From the NCBI GenBank assembly GCA_963668485.1, contig OY764543.1, forward strand, positions 493,493-557,492: a stretch of 64,000 nucleotides of DNA, given 5' to 3'. Made by a program: the position numbers and the translations under genes. The notes beneath the pieces are model-generated. The model saw only the letters and a list, made by a program, of their open reading frames with translations. It searched no databases and was not told the origin of the DNA. This document shows, piece by piece, positions 9,970 to 21,087 of this stretch. The stretch's first letter is position 1. Every line of letters starts with the position of its first letter. The stretch comes from Trueperaceae bacterium (GTDB lineage Bacteria; Deinococcota; Deinococci; Deinococcales; Trueperaceae).

Positions 9970-12047
9970 CGTAGGTAGGCTCCACCCACTCCGCCGTCAA
10001 CTGTGAGTGCCCCTCCGGTCGTGCGGCTGGCGCGGGGACCGGCTAGGAACGAGATCGCCTCGGCAACGTTCTCGGGGTAAACGCTAACCTTGAGAGTGCT
10101 ACGGTTCCGGTAGAACTCGTCGAGCTTTTCAGGCTCGACGCCATAACTCCTAGCCCGCTCGTCGCGCCAACCATCGTCCCAGATTCCGCTCCCCCGAAGG
10201 ACTGCGTCCGGCAGAATCGAGTTGACACGGATGCCAGCGTCGCCCCCCTCCTCAGCAAGGCAGCGTGCCATATGAAGCTCAGCAGCCTTTACGGCGCTGT
10301 AGGCAGCGGCATTCTTGCCAGCATAGACACTATTCTTGCTGGCAACAAAAACGAGGCTTCCGCCCATCTTCTGACGCCGCCACAGTCGGAACGCCTCACG
10401 GCTAACCAGGAAGTAACCGGAGCCCATAATCGCCACCATCTTTTCCCAATCGGCGGTGCTGGTTGTCTCGATTGGGCCGGCGTTGGCAAAGCCAGCGTTC
10501 GAAACCACCACGTCGACGCCGCCGTAGGTCTTCACAACCTCGGCGAAGGCCCACGCGACCCTCGCCTCGTCGGTAACGTCACAGCGGAGTGCCAGCCCCC
10601 GACCCCTGCCGTGAGCAGCCTCGATATCGGCTGCAACAGCCTCGGCCCCCTCGAAGTTGATATCGAGGATGGCAACGTGGGCATGGTCTTGCGCCAAGCG
10701 CTTTGCGGTCGCGCGGCCGATACCACTGGCGGCACCGGTGACCACCGCGACGCGACCTGCCAACTCCCTGGGGGGCGGCTTGAGGCTAAGCTTATAGAGT
10801 TCGAGCGGCCAGTACTCGACAGCGAAGGTCTCCTCGGAGTCCAGACTGACGAAGCTGCTGAGTACCTCACTTCCCTCAATGACGCAGATGGCTCGGTGGT
10901 AGAGCTGGCGGCTGACATCCGCCCCCGCCTTGTCCGGACCAGTGGTGATCATGCCGAGACCGGGCACTAGGATGACCCGCGGGCAGGGATCGCTCATCTC
11001 GTTACCCACAGAGCGATTAGTCTCGAAGTAGTCTTCGTAGTGGGCAACATAGTCCTTGACCCTAGTCTCAAGGCGCCCCAAGAGGGCGGCCTCGCCCTCG
11101 GAGGGCTGCCAACCGACGAAGAGTGGCTGGCGCTTGGTGTGAACCAAGTGGTCGGGACAAGCTGCGCCGATCTGCGAAAGGTCGCGCGCAGAGGCGCTGC
11201 CGACAAAGTCGAGCACCTCAGGGCTAGCGTCGGTGGCAAGGATCTTAGGTTGGCGGCCGCTCAGCATCCCACGCAGCTCTGGCAGGATCGCAGCGAGGGT
11301 AGTCTCGCGCTCTCGCTCTGCCAATGCAGAAACGTCAGCACCGACGAAGATCTTGCGGCCGGACCGCCGCGCCGCAATGAAGTCCTCTGCCTCCTGGATA
11401 GTAGAGATGGTCCGATCATAGGCACCCCGACTACTATCACCCCAAGTGACCAAGCCGTGCTTGCCCATCACTACCAGTTCGGCTCTGGGGTGGGCACGGA
11501 TACCCTCTCCAATCCACTTCGAAAGAGTGAAGCCAGGGCGGACGTAATCGACCCACACCATCCGATCCCCCCACAGCTGCTCACACAGGGTGCGCCCACC
11601 CTCAGCGCAGGCGAGGCTGATGACAGCGTCGGGGTGGGTATGATCGACATGTTTCGCCGGGGTAAAACCGTGCAGCAGCGTCTCAATCGACTGCCGGGGA
11701 CGGTCGAGAGCGTACAGCGCGTGGGCTAGATAGGTGACCATCTCCTCATCGCTCATACTGTCGCGCCCGAGGAGCGGAAGGATGTCGCTCATGCGCAGCC
11801 CGGCGAAGCCGTCCTCACCAATAGTAGCCAAGTCGTTGCCCGAGCCCTTGACCCACAACACCTCGACCCCACGGCCCCGATGGTCGGTCTCAATAGACTT
11901 GGTACTGGTGTTGCCGCCATAGATGTTACACACGGTCCGGTCAAGACCGAGCAACCTGGAGCGGTAGACGAGGCTAGCAAGGCCCTCACCAGTAGGTGCT
12001 TCTTTGGAGTCCCACATATTCTCTGCCATCTCTTCATTCCCTCTCAA
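9966..12047 (-). CDS. Bifunctional rhamnulose-1-phosphate aldolase / short-chain dehydrogenase (RhaEW-type)
   Basis: 693 aa. The N-terminal class II aldolase domain (GNTS...) is fused to a C-terminal SDR (VAVVTGAASGIGRATAKRLA...NAG...YSAVKAA). This is the characteristic fusion protein of non-E. coli rhamnose clusters. Confidence 0.85.
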   Translation of the reverse strand: MRGNEEMAENMWDSKEAPTGEGLASLVYRSRLLGLDRTVCNIYGGNTSTKSIETDHRGRGVEVLWVKGSGNDLATIGEDGFAGLRMSDILPLLGRDSMSDEEMVTYLAHALYALDRPRQSIETLLHGFTPAKHVDHTHPDAVISLACAEGGRTLCEQLWGDRMVWVDYVRPGFTLSKWIGEGIRAHPRAELVVMGKHGLVTWGDSSRGAYDRTISTIQEAEDFIAARRSGRKIFVGADVSALAERERETTLAAILPELRGMLSGRQPKILATDASPEVLDFVGSASARDLSQIGAACPDHLVHTKRQPLFVGWQPSEGEAALLGRLETRVKDYVAHYEDYFETNRSVGNEMSDPCPRVILVPGLGMITTGPDKAGADVSRQLYHRAICVIEGSEVLSSFVSLDSEETFAVEYWPLELYKLSLKPPPRELAGRVAVVTGAASGIGRATAKRLAQDHAHVAILDINFEGAEAVAADIEAAHGRGRGLALRCDVTDEARVAWAFAEVVKTYGGVDVVVSNAGFANAGPIETTSTADWEKMVAIMGSGYFLVSREAFRLWRRQKMGGSLVFVASKNSVYAGKNAAAYSAVKAAELHMARCLAEEGGDAGIRVNSILPDAVLRGSGIWDDGWRDERARSYGVEPEKLDEFYRNRSTLKVSVYPENVAEAISFLAGPRASRTTGGALTVDGGVGGAYLR

Positions 12048-12419
12048 CTAGTCGGATCTCTCATAAGAGGCCGAATACGATTGACTGCGCTTGACCAAGA
12101 GTATCGTGCATCCTATGGATATCGTCTAGGACGGGTTGATCATTACGTGAGGAGCAACAAACACCGGTCACCAAGCCAAATCTCAGGCATCCGCTCGTCC
12201 TGGAGGAGCCTCAGATCCCCCCGGTGCAGCTATTCTCTATTGCATACTCGGGCATCCTCGAGGCTGTTCCGGGTCTGAACTCGTGCGAGTGCAAAGGTTT
12301 TGGTGGTGGACGTAGCTTAAGAGAACATGCGATGGTGACCGGCATATACCCGGTTTCATTGAGATGAATCCCGACTGTGACGGGTCTTTCTGAAGGCGCT
12401 CAACTCTTGTTGACATAAG

Positions 12420-12900
12420 GCTACAGAAGATTAGGTACTGGCAGGGGGCCTGTCAGCGCCGGGGGAGTGGAATTAGAAGCCGCTGGTTTGATGTTATCAG
12501 CGTCGAGAACGAGCAGGGGACCAAGCAGAACTTCGCTACTGTTGACAACCTCGAGCGTGCCGAATCGGTCCAACTGCGACACCAGTATCGCCAGGGCTAA
12601 AGATCCTGTCGACCACAGAGTGGAGCACGTGGGCTGCGGCATAGACGAGGTCGATCAGGTTCCACAGCACCACCGACTAGGTGCAGCCATCGTCGACGAA
12701 CGGCTTCATCGAGTTGGGGGTCGCAAACCCGACAATGGCAACCTCGCCACAGAGACCCGCCCAGGGTGATTGTAACCGACCACGCTGACATCCCCCCGGT
12801 CGAGAGCAGGGGCGAGTACAGGCTGGATGGCGGCTGGATCGTCGGCTGCGAACACGATACCATCGATCTCACCTCCAGCGATCACGATTCTCGATCACAA
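12420..12900 (-). pseudogene. Decayed remnants of a periplasmic sugar-binding protein (RbsB/RhaS-like ABC substrate-binding protein)
   Basis: Minus-strand frames give ...GEIDGIVFAADDPAAIQPVLAPALDRGDVSVVGYNHPGRV... followed by frame breaks. No intact ORF exists in the 1.1-kb gap between the aldolase/SDR gene and the isomerase. Confidence 0.3.
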
Positions 12901-13140
12901 TGATCTGGCTGTCGATGTTCGCCTCGGTCAACCCATCTGCCCGGTGACGTCGCCGAGTCCCTCAATGGCCTGCTTCATAACTGAAGGTAGTAGCGTTGAA
13001 GCAGCCAACACTGGCGAGACTTTACAATCAAGGGCTAAGCCCGGAGGGAAACACGATCTGTCTCGCGGTCGAAGTCTACGCTGAGACCAAAAAATCTGTC
13101 AATGATCAACCAAATAGAGTATGAGCTTGCATGAGGATTT

Positions 13141-14448
13141 GTGGCCCTGCTAGACTCCGCGGGGACACAAGCGCGGGCGAAATCGGAGGGAACCGATCTC
13201 GAGAATCAGGGAGGGAATGTGGCAGCCAATGCGACTTTGGAACAGCGGCTCGAAGTTCAGGGGCGGAGTCTCGATGAGGTCAAGGAGGCCCTCACCAGGC
13301 AGGCCATCGAGACACCCTCCTGGGGCTACGGCGACTCGGGGACCCGCTTCAAGACCTTCTCCTGGCCAGGAGCCGCCCGCACAATCGAGGAGAAGTTCGA
13401 CGACGCCGCCGTAGTGCATGACCTCACGGGGGTGGCACCCTCGGTCGCCCTCCACATCCCCTGGGATAAGACCGACGACTACGACACCCTAAAACGCTAC
13501 GCTGCCGACCGGGGCATGCGCATCGGTGCCATCAACCCCAACGTGTTTCAGGACGAGGACTATCGCCTCGGCTCACTCGGGCACCCCAGAGCTGACGTCC
13601 GGCACCAGGCCTTAGGGCACCTCCTCGAGTGCGTTGAGATCATGGGTAAAACAGGATCAACCAACCTCAGCCTGTGGTTCGCCGACGGCACCAACTACGC
13701 TGGTCAGGACGACATCCGGCGCCGCAAACGCACCTTCCTCGAAGGCCTCGCTACGATCCATGAGGCCCTCCCTGGCAGCAGCCGCATGCTGGTCGAGTAT
13801 AAGCTCTTCGAGCCTGGCTTCTACCACACCGACCTTGCCGATTGGGGCATGGCCTACGCCATGTGCCTGAACCTCGGGCCCAAGGCCGAGGTTCTCGTCG
13901 ACATGGGCCACCACGCCCAAGGCACTAACATCGAACACATCGTCGCCTTCCTGCTCGACGAAGGGCGCCTAGGCGGTTTCCACTTCAACAACCGCAAATA
14001 CGCCGACGACGATCTCATCGTCGGCACCGTCAGCCCCTTCGAGCTGTTCTGTATCTACCACGAACTCGTCAGGGCCGAACGCTCCAGTGAGCCCGAACTG
14101 CGAGCCCACGTCGGGCGCGTCGCCTACATGATCGACCAGAGCCACAATATCGAAGGCAAGGTGGGGGCCATGGTGCTGAGCGTCCTCAATTGCCAAACCG
14201 CCTACGCCAAGGCCCTCATGGTTGACCAGGACAGACTCGCTATGCACCAAGCCGCTGGTGACGTGCTAGCCGCCCACAGGACCTTGCTGGATGCCTTCGA
14301 ACTCGACGTACGACCACTACTAGCCGAGGTCCGCGAGGAGCAGGACCGGCACCCGGACCCGATGCGGGCGCTGAAGGAGAGCAGATACGAGGAGCGAATC
14401 GCCGAAGAGCGCGGCAGCAATGCGGCGGGGAGTGGCTATCCGACGTAG
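13141..14448 (+). CDS. L-rhamnose isomerase of the xylose-isomerase-like TIM-barrel type (Pseudomonas stutzeri L-RhI family)
   Basis: 435 aa, with ...[12 protein letters not shown]...LHIPWDK...YRLGSLGHP...[18 protein letters not shown]...[15 protein letters not shown]... matching the L-RhI family throughout. Confidence 0.8.
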   Translation: MALLDSAGTQARAKSEGTDLENQGGNVAANATLEQRLEVQGRSLDEVKEALTRQAIETPSWGYGDSGTRFKTFSWPGAARTIEEKFDDAAVVHDLTGVAPSVALHIPWDKTDDYDTLKRYAADRGMRIGAINPNVFQDEDYRLGSLGHPRADVRHQALGHLLECVEIMGKTGSTNLSLWFADGTNYAGQDDIRRRKRTFLEGLATIHEALPGSSRMLVEYKLFEPGFYHTDLADWGMAYAMCLNLGPKAEVLVDMGHHAQGTNIEHIVAFLLDEGRLGGFHFNNRKYADDDLIVGTVSPFELFCIYHELVRAERSSEPELRAHVGRVAYMIDQSHNIEGKVGAMVLSVLNCQTAYAKALMVDQDRLAMHQAAGDVLAAHRTLLDAFELDVRPLLAEVREEQDRHPDPMRALKESRYEERIAEERGSNAAGSGYPT

Positions 14449-14804
14449 AGGTGTCCAGCAGGCAACCGATCGACCTCCAGTCGCACCGCCTCCACCGCAG
14501 GGTGCCGCTTAAGCAGAGGACTCTTCCTACCCGAGTAATGGAAGTCGGCAAGCCAAAGTCTCGCTCGAACGAGACCTGCCCCTGATCGGCAAGTCGAGGC
14601 TGGCGCTCTTGAAGCATAGCCCGCGAACTCTCGGAAGATCAGGGCCGAGATCCATAGGCAATCTAACGAGGACCAGCACTGGTCGCTACCGGGCATCCCG
14701 CCGAATCGACCGCTCATACCCGAGTCCCCTCAAAGCTAATGATGACCGTCCTCTCCACCCCCAAGCTGTAGACTGCTTCAACTCCACCACCCTAGGGAGG
14801 GATC

Positions 14805-16049
14805 ATGAGCGACCCCAACCCCAAGCGCACCGTCGCCGAGCTCAAGGACCTTCGCGCGCGCACCGCCGACGAGAACGGTGCTTGGCGCGTCGCCTGGAGC
14901 GACACTTGGCTCGAGGCCCGAGTCTGGCTGCGCGAGAAGACCGACGCCCTCGGCCTCGAGACCCACATGGACGCTGCTGGCAACGTGTGGCACACACTGT
15001 CTGGCGAGAGCGACCGAGAACTCCTCCTCGGCGGGCACATGGACTCTGTACCGGGTGGAGGCTGGCTCGATGGCTGCCTCAATCTCCTCGCCGGGCTCGA
15101 GTCGGTCCGCCGCATCAAGGAGCAGTACAGCGGCAGACCACCCGTCACCGTGCGCCTCGTCGACTGGGCCGATGAAGAGGGTGCCCGGTTTGGCCGCAGC
15201 ATGCTTGGCTCGAGCGCCTGTAGCGGCAGCCTCGTCCCTGACGAAGAACGGGGCCGCAGCGACAAGGATGGTGTCCTCATCGAAGATGCCCTAGTGCGCT
15301 GCGGCGTCGACCTTGACCGCATGCTCGAGTCGGGCCGCGAACTCGAGAAGGCTGCAGCCTACCTGGAACTGCACATCGAGCAGGGGCCGGTGCTCGAGGG
15401 TCTCAGGCTACCGCTGGGGGTGGTACAGGGCACCTTCGGGGTGGAGCGCCATGGCATCCACTTCCGCGGCCAAGCCAACCACTCCGGTTCCACCCCCATG
15501 GACCGGCGCCGCGACGCCTTCCTCGCAGCGGCTCGAATGAGCCCCGAGATCTACGCTATCACCGGTCGGCACGGCGGGGTGTGCACCATCGGCAGTTGCA
15601 TCACCCAGCCCGGCATTGTCACCTCGGTGGTCGAGGAGTGTGATATCACCCTGGACCAGCGACACCTCAACGCTAGGGCGCTATCTACCATGCTCTCCGA
15701 GGCGCAGGAGGCGAGCCAACGCTTCGCCGTTGAAGGCGACGTCGAGGTCTCCTGGAGCCACCTGTGGAGCATCGCTCCTATCTTATTTCACCCGGAACTG
15801 ATCGAGCTGTGCGATGAGGTCATTCGAGAGACCACCGGTGCCTCCCACCAGCTGCCGAGCGGCCCCCTGCACGACGCAGCCGAGGTCGCCCGCATCGGTG
15901 TCCCCACAGTGATGATGTTTGTCCAGAGCCTCCGCGGAATCTCGCACAACAAAATTGAGGACACGAGCGTTGAACACATCGAGCAGTCCGTGATCGCGCT
16001 CGATAGACTCGCGGAGAAGACGATGGGGTGGATCATCGACCAAGAGTGA
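14805..16049 (+). CDS. M20-family Zn-dependent amidohydrolase (allantoate amidohydrolase / N-carbamoyl-L-amino-acid hydrolase family)
   Basis: 414 aa with ...LGGHMDSVPGGGWLDG...VDWADEEGARFG...HFRGQANHSGSTPMDRRRDA.... Confidence 0.75.
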   Translation: MSDPNPKRTVAELKDLRARTADENGAWRVAWSDTWLEARVWLREKTDALGLETHMDAAGNVWHTLSGESDRELLLGGHMDSVPGGGWLDGCLNLLAGLESVRRIKEQYSGRPPVTVRLVDWADEEGARFGRSMLGSSACSGSLVPDEERGRSDKDGVLIEDALVRCGVDLDRMLESGRELEKAAAYLELHIEQGPVLEGLRLPLGVVQGTFGVERHGIHFRGQANHSGSTPMDRRRDAFLAAARMSPEIYAITGRHGGVCTIGSCITQPGIVTSVVEECDITLDQRHLNARALSTMLSEAQEASQRFAVEGDVEVSWSHLWSIAPILFHPELIELCDEVIRETTGASHQLPSGPLHDAAEVARIGVPTVMMFVQSLRGISHNKIEDTSVEHIEQSVIALDRLAEKTMGWIIDQE

Positions 16050-16102
16050 TAGAGGAGCGCCTATGAGCCGTTCCATCGTCGCCATCAGTCACGACTTCTT
16101 CG

Positions 16103-17090
16103 ATGAGATCGTCTATTAAAAGTTGCAGCACGAACACCCCGAGGCGACCGCCAGAACGGTGTTCAGGCTGTTCGGCCACGGCTCGGAGACCCTCGGCCTG
16201 GACGATGAGCACTCCCGAGACCATCACTGGGGGAGAGTCTTCACAGAGCAGCAGGAAGAGATCCGGCAGATGCCGGGGGCGAATATGCCCGAGACCTTCC
16301 AGGGCCGAGAGTTAGGAAAAAGCACCCACGAGGGAGCCGGGGCCTAGCGCCTAACACGTTGGAGGCTTTCCTGACCCGGACGGATCAGCGTTGATCACAC
16401 CCCGGAGACCTAACCAAGAGCGGCTAGAACTGCCCGAAGAAGACATCGTCCACCTGATCAACGGTGAGGTGTGGCACGATCCCATTGGGACCTTCACAGC
16501 TATTCGGGAACGATTGAGCGGGCTACTGCTACTACCCTGAGCCTGCCTGGCTCCGACGTATGGCCCACTGGTGCCGCTATCCGTTAGGGATGGGGACCTA
16601 CGCCCCTAAGCGAACCACCCTGCGTGGCGACGCTCTCTTCGCCACCCTCTCCTTAGTCTGAGCGCTGCAGCTGACGGTCCAACTCGCTTTCATGTTTGAC
16701 CAGATTACCTCCCTTACGACAAGTGGTCACTCGCCTTTTTCAAACACCTCCCCCGGATGTACGACCGGCTTGGCGAACTGGTCGGGGAAGCCCTGATCCC
16801 CTCGATCTCGTGTCAGTGCAAGCTAGAACTGCTCGACCGGATGTCGGGTGTACTCGACAGGACTATGATCGAGGACAGCATCACCCCACCCACCCCCCGC
16901 TCACGGGGTCACCTACTTCGGGCTACCGGTTGATGGAGCACGCCTATAAGGCGCTTCTCAACCGAGTGCCCAGGGAGATCAGGAGGGTGATGCCCCCCTG
17001 TGACCAGGTTCCCTAGAACGCTTTGTGATCGACCACATCACGGGCATCAACATGGAGGCCTGGCACGCCGACCCGAACCTGAGTTCGTAA
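16103..17090 (+). pseudogene. DUF4037-domain (nucleotidyltransferase-associated) gene, disrupted by multiple frameshifts and stops
   Basis: Fragments in three frames (...FRLFGHGSETLGLDDEHSRDHHWG..., ...VHLINGEVWHDPIGTFTAIRERLSGL..., ...LGELVGEALIP...) are collinear with DUF4037 proteins. Confidence 0.4.
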
Positions 17091-17278
17091 GGGGATGATC
17101 GCACTGCAGGCTCACCCTCCTGCCACAATAGAGTGCTGAGGTAAGCTAGAACGACCAGCGAGTCCTTTATGTCGGGGTTGATCTCGAGCCGATACCGGCA
17201 GTGTCCAGAAAACTTCTAGTGAACCCCGAACCCCTGCCATGTCCTCCCGTGTTCTCCCCTATTCGGCAGATGCCCACC

Positions 17279-20002
17279 CTACATGGAGATCCCGAGGGGT
17301 CCACGAGTCAGTTGAAAGTCGTCCTGGCCCCGCCCGCTCAGTTTGGGAACGGTCCGCCCGGCGAGGGTATCGAGGACAAGGTGGAGGAGTCGCACCGCAT
17401 CCTCACCCGAGTTGCCCTCGAGAAGGAGGTCAAGGTCCGCACCACTACGCTCATACATCACCGGATCCGAAGTGACCTGCAGGAGGGGCAACAGCGGATG
17501 GGTCTGCTGGGAATGGTCGGCGACGGCACCGAGGATTACCTCCACACCGGTAGCGCCCAGGCCAGTAGTGGTCTCTACCCAGTGGGCTGTCGGGGCCTCC
17601 ATAATGTGTAGACCGGGACTCCCGAAGGATTGCCCGTGCGCCAAAGTCGCTGCAATGGGCGGCTCAACCATAGTGGCGCCGAGGACGGTCCGGTCCGCCA
17701 GAAGTTCGGCGGTCTCTGGGATCACTACCGCTCCACCGGAGGCCACCACGGACCGGGTGAGCAGTGCCAAGCTGCGGGCAGTCTCGGGAGTCGGGAGACC
17801 GGAGGTGAGCAGGCCGAGCGCCACGGGTCTCTCACCCCTAAGCTCCTCGGGCACAACCTCCTCACGGGCCACCCGCTCAGCGAACCAAGCCCGGACCTTG
17901 CTCGCCACCGCGTCGATGCCTCCGTCAAGCTGGATGCTGGCCCAACCATAGAGATCGGGGTCGAGCCCTCGAACGGCGAGCTGGCTCCGCCAAAAGTCGT
18001 TGTGGGTGATCTCGCAGCCGTGCTCGATCAGTAGGGCCTTGGCCACCGAGGGATGGGTGAGATAGCCGAGCAGGGTACGGAAGTGGAGTTCGCGTACACC
18101 GGTGACACCGCATCCCTCCGTATGAACGAGGGCGATGAATCGCGCGACCCCGCCACGCCGAATCTGTTCTCGGTTCAGGCGGTCGGCGATCATGCGAGCG
18201 ACCTGCCCAGCACAGAGGCTGGTCGGCAGGATAAGACCCACCCGTTCCCGCGGCTCGGTGCGGGCGATGCTGAGATCCCGAAGCAGCTCCTCGGGTACGG
18301 ACACCTCACCCCGGAGCGCCAGAGGCTCCCCACGTAAAGGTGTCCTTGCTCGCAGCATCGGGAGCGCCCGGCCATCGCTCTGCGGCCAGTCACGCCAGAT
18401 CTGCACTTGGGCATGACCAGCCCGCTCGCCCACGCTGCGGCGGCCCGAGGCCACCTCGAGGGCAAGTTCAAAGGTGCGCTCACCCAGGGTCTCCATGGGG
18501 ACACCGTCCAGGTAAGCACCCGCGTTGACATCCATGTCCGAGGACAAGAGTTCATAGCGACCGCTGGTAGTCACGATCTTGACGGTTGGAACGAAGGGGA
18601 AGTTGGTGATCGAACCGTTGCCGGTCACGAAGAAGATCAGGTTGCAACCCGACGCGACCTGCCCGGCTATGCTCTCGAGGTCGTTGCCGGGGCTATCCAT
18701 GAAGTAATATCCCGGTTCCGTCATGCGTTCCCCGTAGTCGATGACCGCGTCGAGGCGGACCTCGGAGTGCTTCTTCATGGCTGCCCCGATAGATTTAAGG
18801 ACAATATTGTAGAGTCCACGGAGCTTGTTGCCGCCCGAGGGGTTGCCCTCGGCGGTCGCCCCATGCCAAGCAGCTCTCTCCTTGAATCTTTCCACCGCCT
18901 CCAGGAAAGCGCGGGCGGTTGGCAGATCGCGTACGCGCTGCAGCACGTACGCCTCGGCACCGATCAACTCGTCAGTCTCCGCCAGATTAGCGGTGCCGCC
19001 GTGGCGAATAATCTCGCGCGCGACCCACGACGCCAGTGGGTTTCCAGAGACACCTGAGAAGGCATCAGAGCCACCGCACTGCAGGGCAAGCTTAAGGTGC
19101 AAGATGGGCACCGGTGTGGCTGCTGTGGCGTTCACCGCCTCGAGCCAACCCCTCACTGTGGCCTCGCCCCGGTCGAGATCCTCCTCGAAACCCCTCCCGA
19201 TCGTCAGAAACCGGTGCAGCACCTCACTCAGGGGATAATCGTTCTCCTCCATATAGCGGCGCAACCGCTCGCCAGTGACGACTTCGGTCCCCCGGTCCAC
19301 GATCAGCACGGCCCCGACATTGGGGTGGACTACGAAACCGGCGAGGGTGCGCAGGAGCAGCTCCAGGTTGTTAGGCGTTCGCCGGTCACCTCCCTCGGTA
19401 TGGGAGACGGCAACGACTCCATCGACATTATCCAAAGCACCTGCAACCCCTCCTAAGCGTGCCTCAAGCTGCCGGACGTAGCTCCCGGCGAGCGAGGTGA
19501 CGGCGAGTAGTACAATGGTGTTTCGGGTGCCGACGCCGCGGCCAGCAGAGCGCGGGTAGCCGAGGAAGGTGCGCACACGGCTACTGCGGTGGACCTGTGC
19601 GGCCGGTGTGACCGTTCCCTCGTCGAGTTTGAAGGAGACGATCTCATCTTTGAAGTTGGGGCTTGCCGGAAGCACCGCATCAAGGGAGCGATCTGCCAAG
19701 GCCTCGATCATCCCGGCGTTGCAGATGTAGCCACCTGCCCCAATGTCCCGGGTCGCCCGCCCGAACGGCAAGCCCCAGGAGAGTAGCAATTCCCCCTTGA
19801 ATATCGCCCGGACGGCGAAACGGTGTCCCTCCAGGATAGTGCTGCCCAGGACCAACTCCCGATCCTCAAACATGAGCCGATCACCCACCTCAAGCCGACG
19901 GGAGGCGATGGCTACATTATCTCTCACAGCAGGAAGGCGTCCGACCTGTTCGAACTCGAACAGCCGGGGTTTCCCGCTCCCTATCTCACGTCGAGCAACC
20001 AT
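17279..20002 (-). CDS. UxaA-family sugar-acid dehydratase (altronate/galactarate dehydratase-like). It carries a full SAF plus catalytic unit followed by a second, partial catalytic-domain repeat; 907 aa.
   Basis: Residues 1-530 align along the whole of E. coli UxaA (LECGGSD~LQCGGSD, NPSPGNK~NPSGGNK, FVPTVKI). Residues ~590-907 repeat the N-terminal catalytic subdomain ([15 protein letters not shown]...LVHTEGCG...EHGCE). Confidence 0.75.
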   Translation of the reverse strand: MVARREIGSGKPRLFEFEQVGRLPAVRDNVAIASRRLEVGDRLMFEDRELVLGSTILEGHRFAVRAIFKGELLLSWGLPFGRATRDIGAGGYICNAGMIEALADRSLDAVLPASPNFKDEIVSFKLDEGTVTPAAQVHRSSRVRTFLGYPRSAGRGVGTRNTIVLLAVTSLAGSYVRQLEARLGGVAGALDNVDGVVAVSHTEGGDRRTPNNLELLLRTLAGFVVHPNVGAVLIVDRGTEVVTGERLRRYMEENDYPLSEVLHRFLTIGRGFEEDLDRGEATVRGWLEAVNATAATPVPILHLKLALQCGGSDAFSGVSGNPLASWVAREIIRHGGTANLAETDELIGAEAYVLQRVRDLPTARAFLEAVERFKERAAWHGATAEGNPSGGNKLRGLYNIVLKSIGAAMKKHSEVRLDAVIDYGERMTEPGYYFMDSPGNDLESIAGQVASGCNLIFFVTGNGSITNFPFVPTVKIVTTSGRYELLSSDMDVNAGAYLDGVPMETLGERTFELALEVASGRRSVGERAGHAQVQIWRDWPQSDGRALPMLRARTPLRGEPLALRGEVSVPEELLRDLSIARTEPRERVGLILPTSLCAGQVARMIADRLNREQIRRGGVARFIALVHTEGCGVTGVRELHFRTLLGYLTHPSVAKALLIEHGCEITHNDFWRSQLAVRGLDPDLYGWASIQLDGGIDAVASKVRAWFAERVAREEVVPEELRGERPVALGLLTSGLPTPETARSLALLTRSVVASGGAVVIPETAELLADRTVLGATMVEPPIAATLAHGQSFGSPGLHIMEAPTAHWVETTTGLGATGVEVILGAVADHSQQTHPLLPLLQVTSDPVMYERSGADLDLLLEGNSGEDAVRLLHLVLDTLAGRTVPKLSGRGQDDFQLTRGPLGISM

Positions 20003-20916
20003 CAGGGGTGCTGTACCCCCTGGGTGTTTAGCCGGATCGCGTAGAGCGAGGTGCTGGCAGTGATGAACAGTCGATCCTTGTTCGGGCCACCGAAGGTGCA
20101 GTTGGCATTTAGTTCCGGCACCATGATCTTGCCGAGGTGATCGCCCTCAGGACTATAGACCTGGATCGAGTCTAGACTGCTGGTGAAGATATTGCCGTGG
20201 TGATCGATCCGAAAGCCATCGGAGCAACCGGGGTTGATCTCCGCGAAGATGCGGCCATTGGCGAGTCCTGTTCTATCTACGACATCGTAGGCAAAGATAT
20301 GATGCCAGCCGCTCTCGTCGTGCGAGATAGCGGTGTCGCTCACGTAGAGGATGCTCTCGTCGAGGTTGAAGGCGAGCCCGTTCGGCTTGTCGCGGTCGTC
20401 GGCGACCGCATCAAGCTGGCCAGTCTCGGGATCGAGACGGAAGACGTAGCAGCGCTCCTGCTCCTGCACTGCCGGGTAGCCCTCGAAATCGCTCAGGATG
20501 CCATAAGGCGGGTCAGTGAACCAGATGGTACCATCGCTCTTAACCACCAGGTCATTCGGGGAATTGAGCCGCTTGCCCCTATAGCTATCGGCTAGGACTG
20601 TCACGGTGCCGTCCTCCTCGGTACGGATCACGCGGCGCCCGCCGTGCTCGCAACTAAGGAGTCGGCCCTGATGATCTCGGGTGTGGCCGTTGGTAAAGTT
20701 AGCCGGCTGTTTGTACACAGTTGCCCCGTCAACCTCCGACCAGCGCATCATCCGGTTATTGTGGATGTCGCTCCACAGCAGAAACTCGCCCTCAGCAAAA
20801 TAGACCGGACCCTCAGCCCAGATGGTTCCCGTGCCGAGCCGTTCGAGTCTCGAATCAGGGCGCAGCAGCGCGTCAAAGCGTGCGTCGAAGCTTTCGAATC
20901 GTGTTTCGACCTCCAT
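20002..20916 (-). CDS. SMP-30/gluconolactonase/LRE-family lactonase
   Basis: 304 aa, six-bladed beta-propeller pattern (...NSPNDLVVKSDGTIWFTDPPYG...KPNGLAFN...). Its stop overlaps the UxaA start (ATGA). Confidence 0.8.
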   Translation of the reverse strand: MEVETRFESFDARFDALLRPDSRLERLGTGTIWAEGPVYFAEGEFLLWSDIHNNRMMRWSEVDGATVYKQPANFTNGHTRDHQGRLLSCEHGGRRVIRTEEDGTVTVLADSYRGKRLNSPNDLVVKSDGTIWFTDPPYGILSDFEGYPAVQEQERCYVFRLDPETGQLDAVADDRDKPNGLAFNLDESILYVSDTAISHDESGWHHIFAYDVVDRTGLANGRIFAEINPGCSDGFRIDHHGNIFTSSLDSIQVYSPEGDHLGKIMVPELNANCTFGGPNKDRLFITASTSLYAIRLNTQGVQHP

Positions 20917-21087
20917 GAAAGACCTCCGCCGTAACCAGAGAGTTTAAGACCACCAGGATATCAGGGTCTACCCAGGGAGCGAGCGCCTGGAACCAGCCCG
21001 ACACCGGGCAGGATTTATTTGGACTCAGGGAGCAAGATGTAGAATCCGCCCTCATCCCACCCCCCCAAGCGGGTAGTCTGGAAAGCG

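Noticed and set aside
14609-15322. Large antisense or alternative-frame ORFs within coding genes (for example 14609-15175, 14792-15322, 55001-56491, 53229-54326)
   Set aside because: They overlap well-supported genes on the opposite strand or in another frame. They have the Arg/Pro/Ala-rich low-complexity translations typical of high-GC shadow ORFs.
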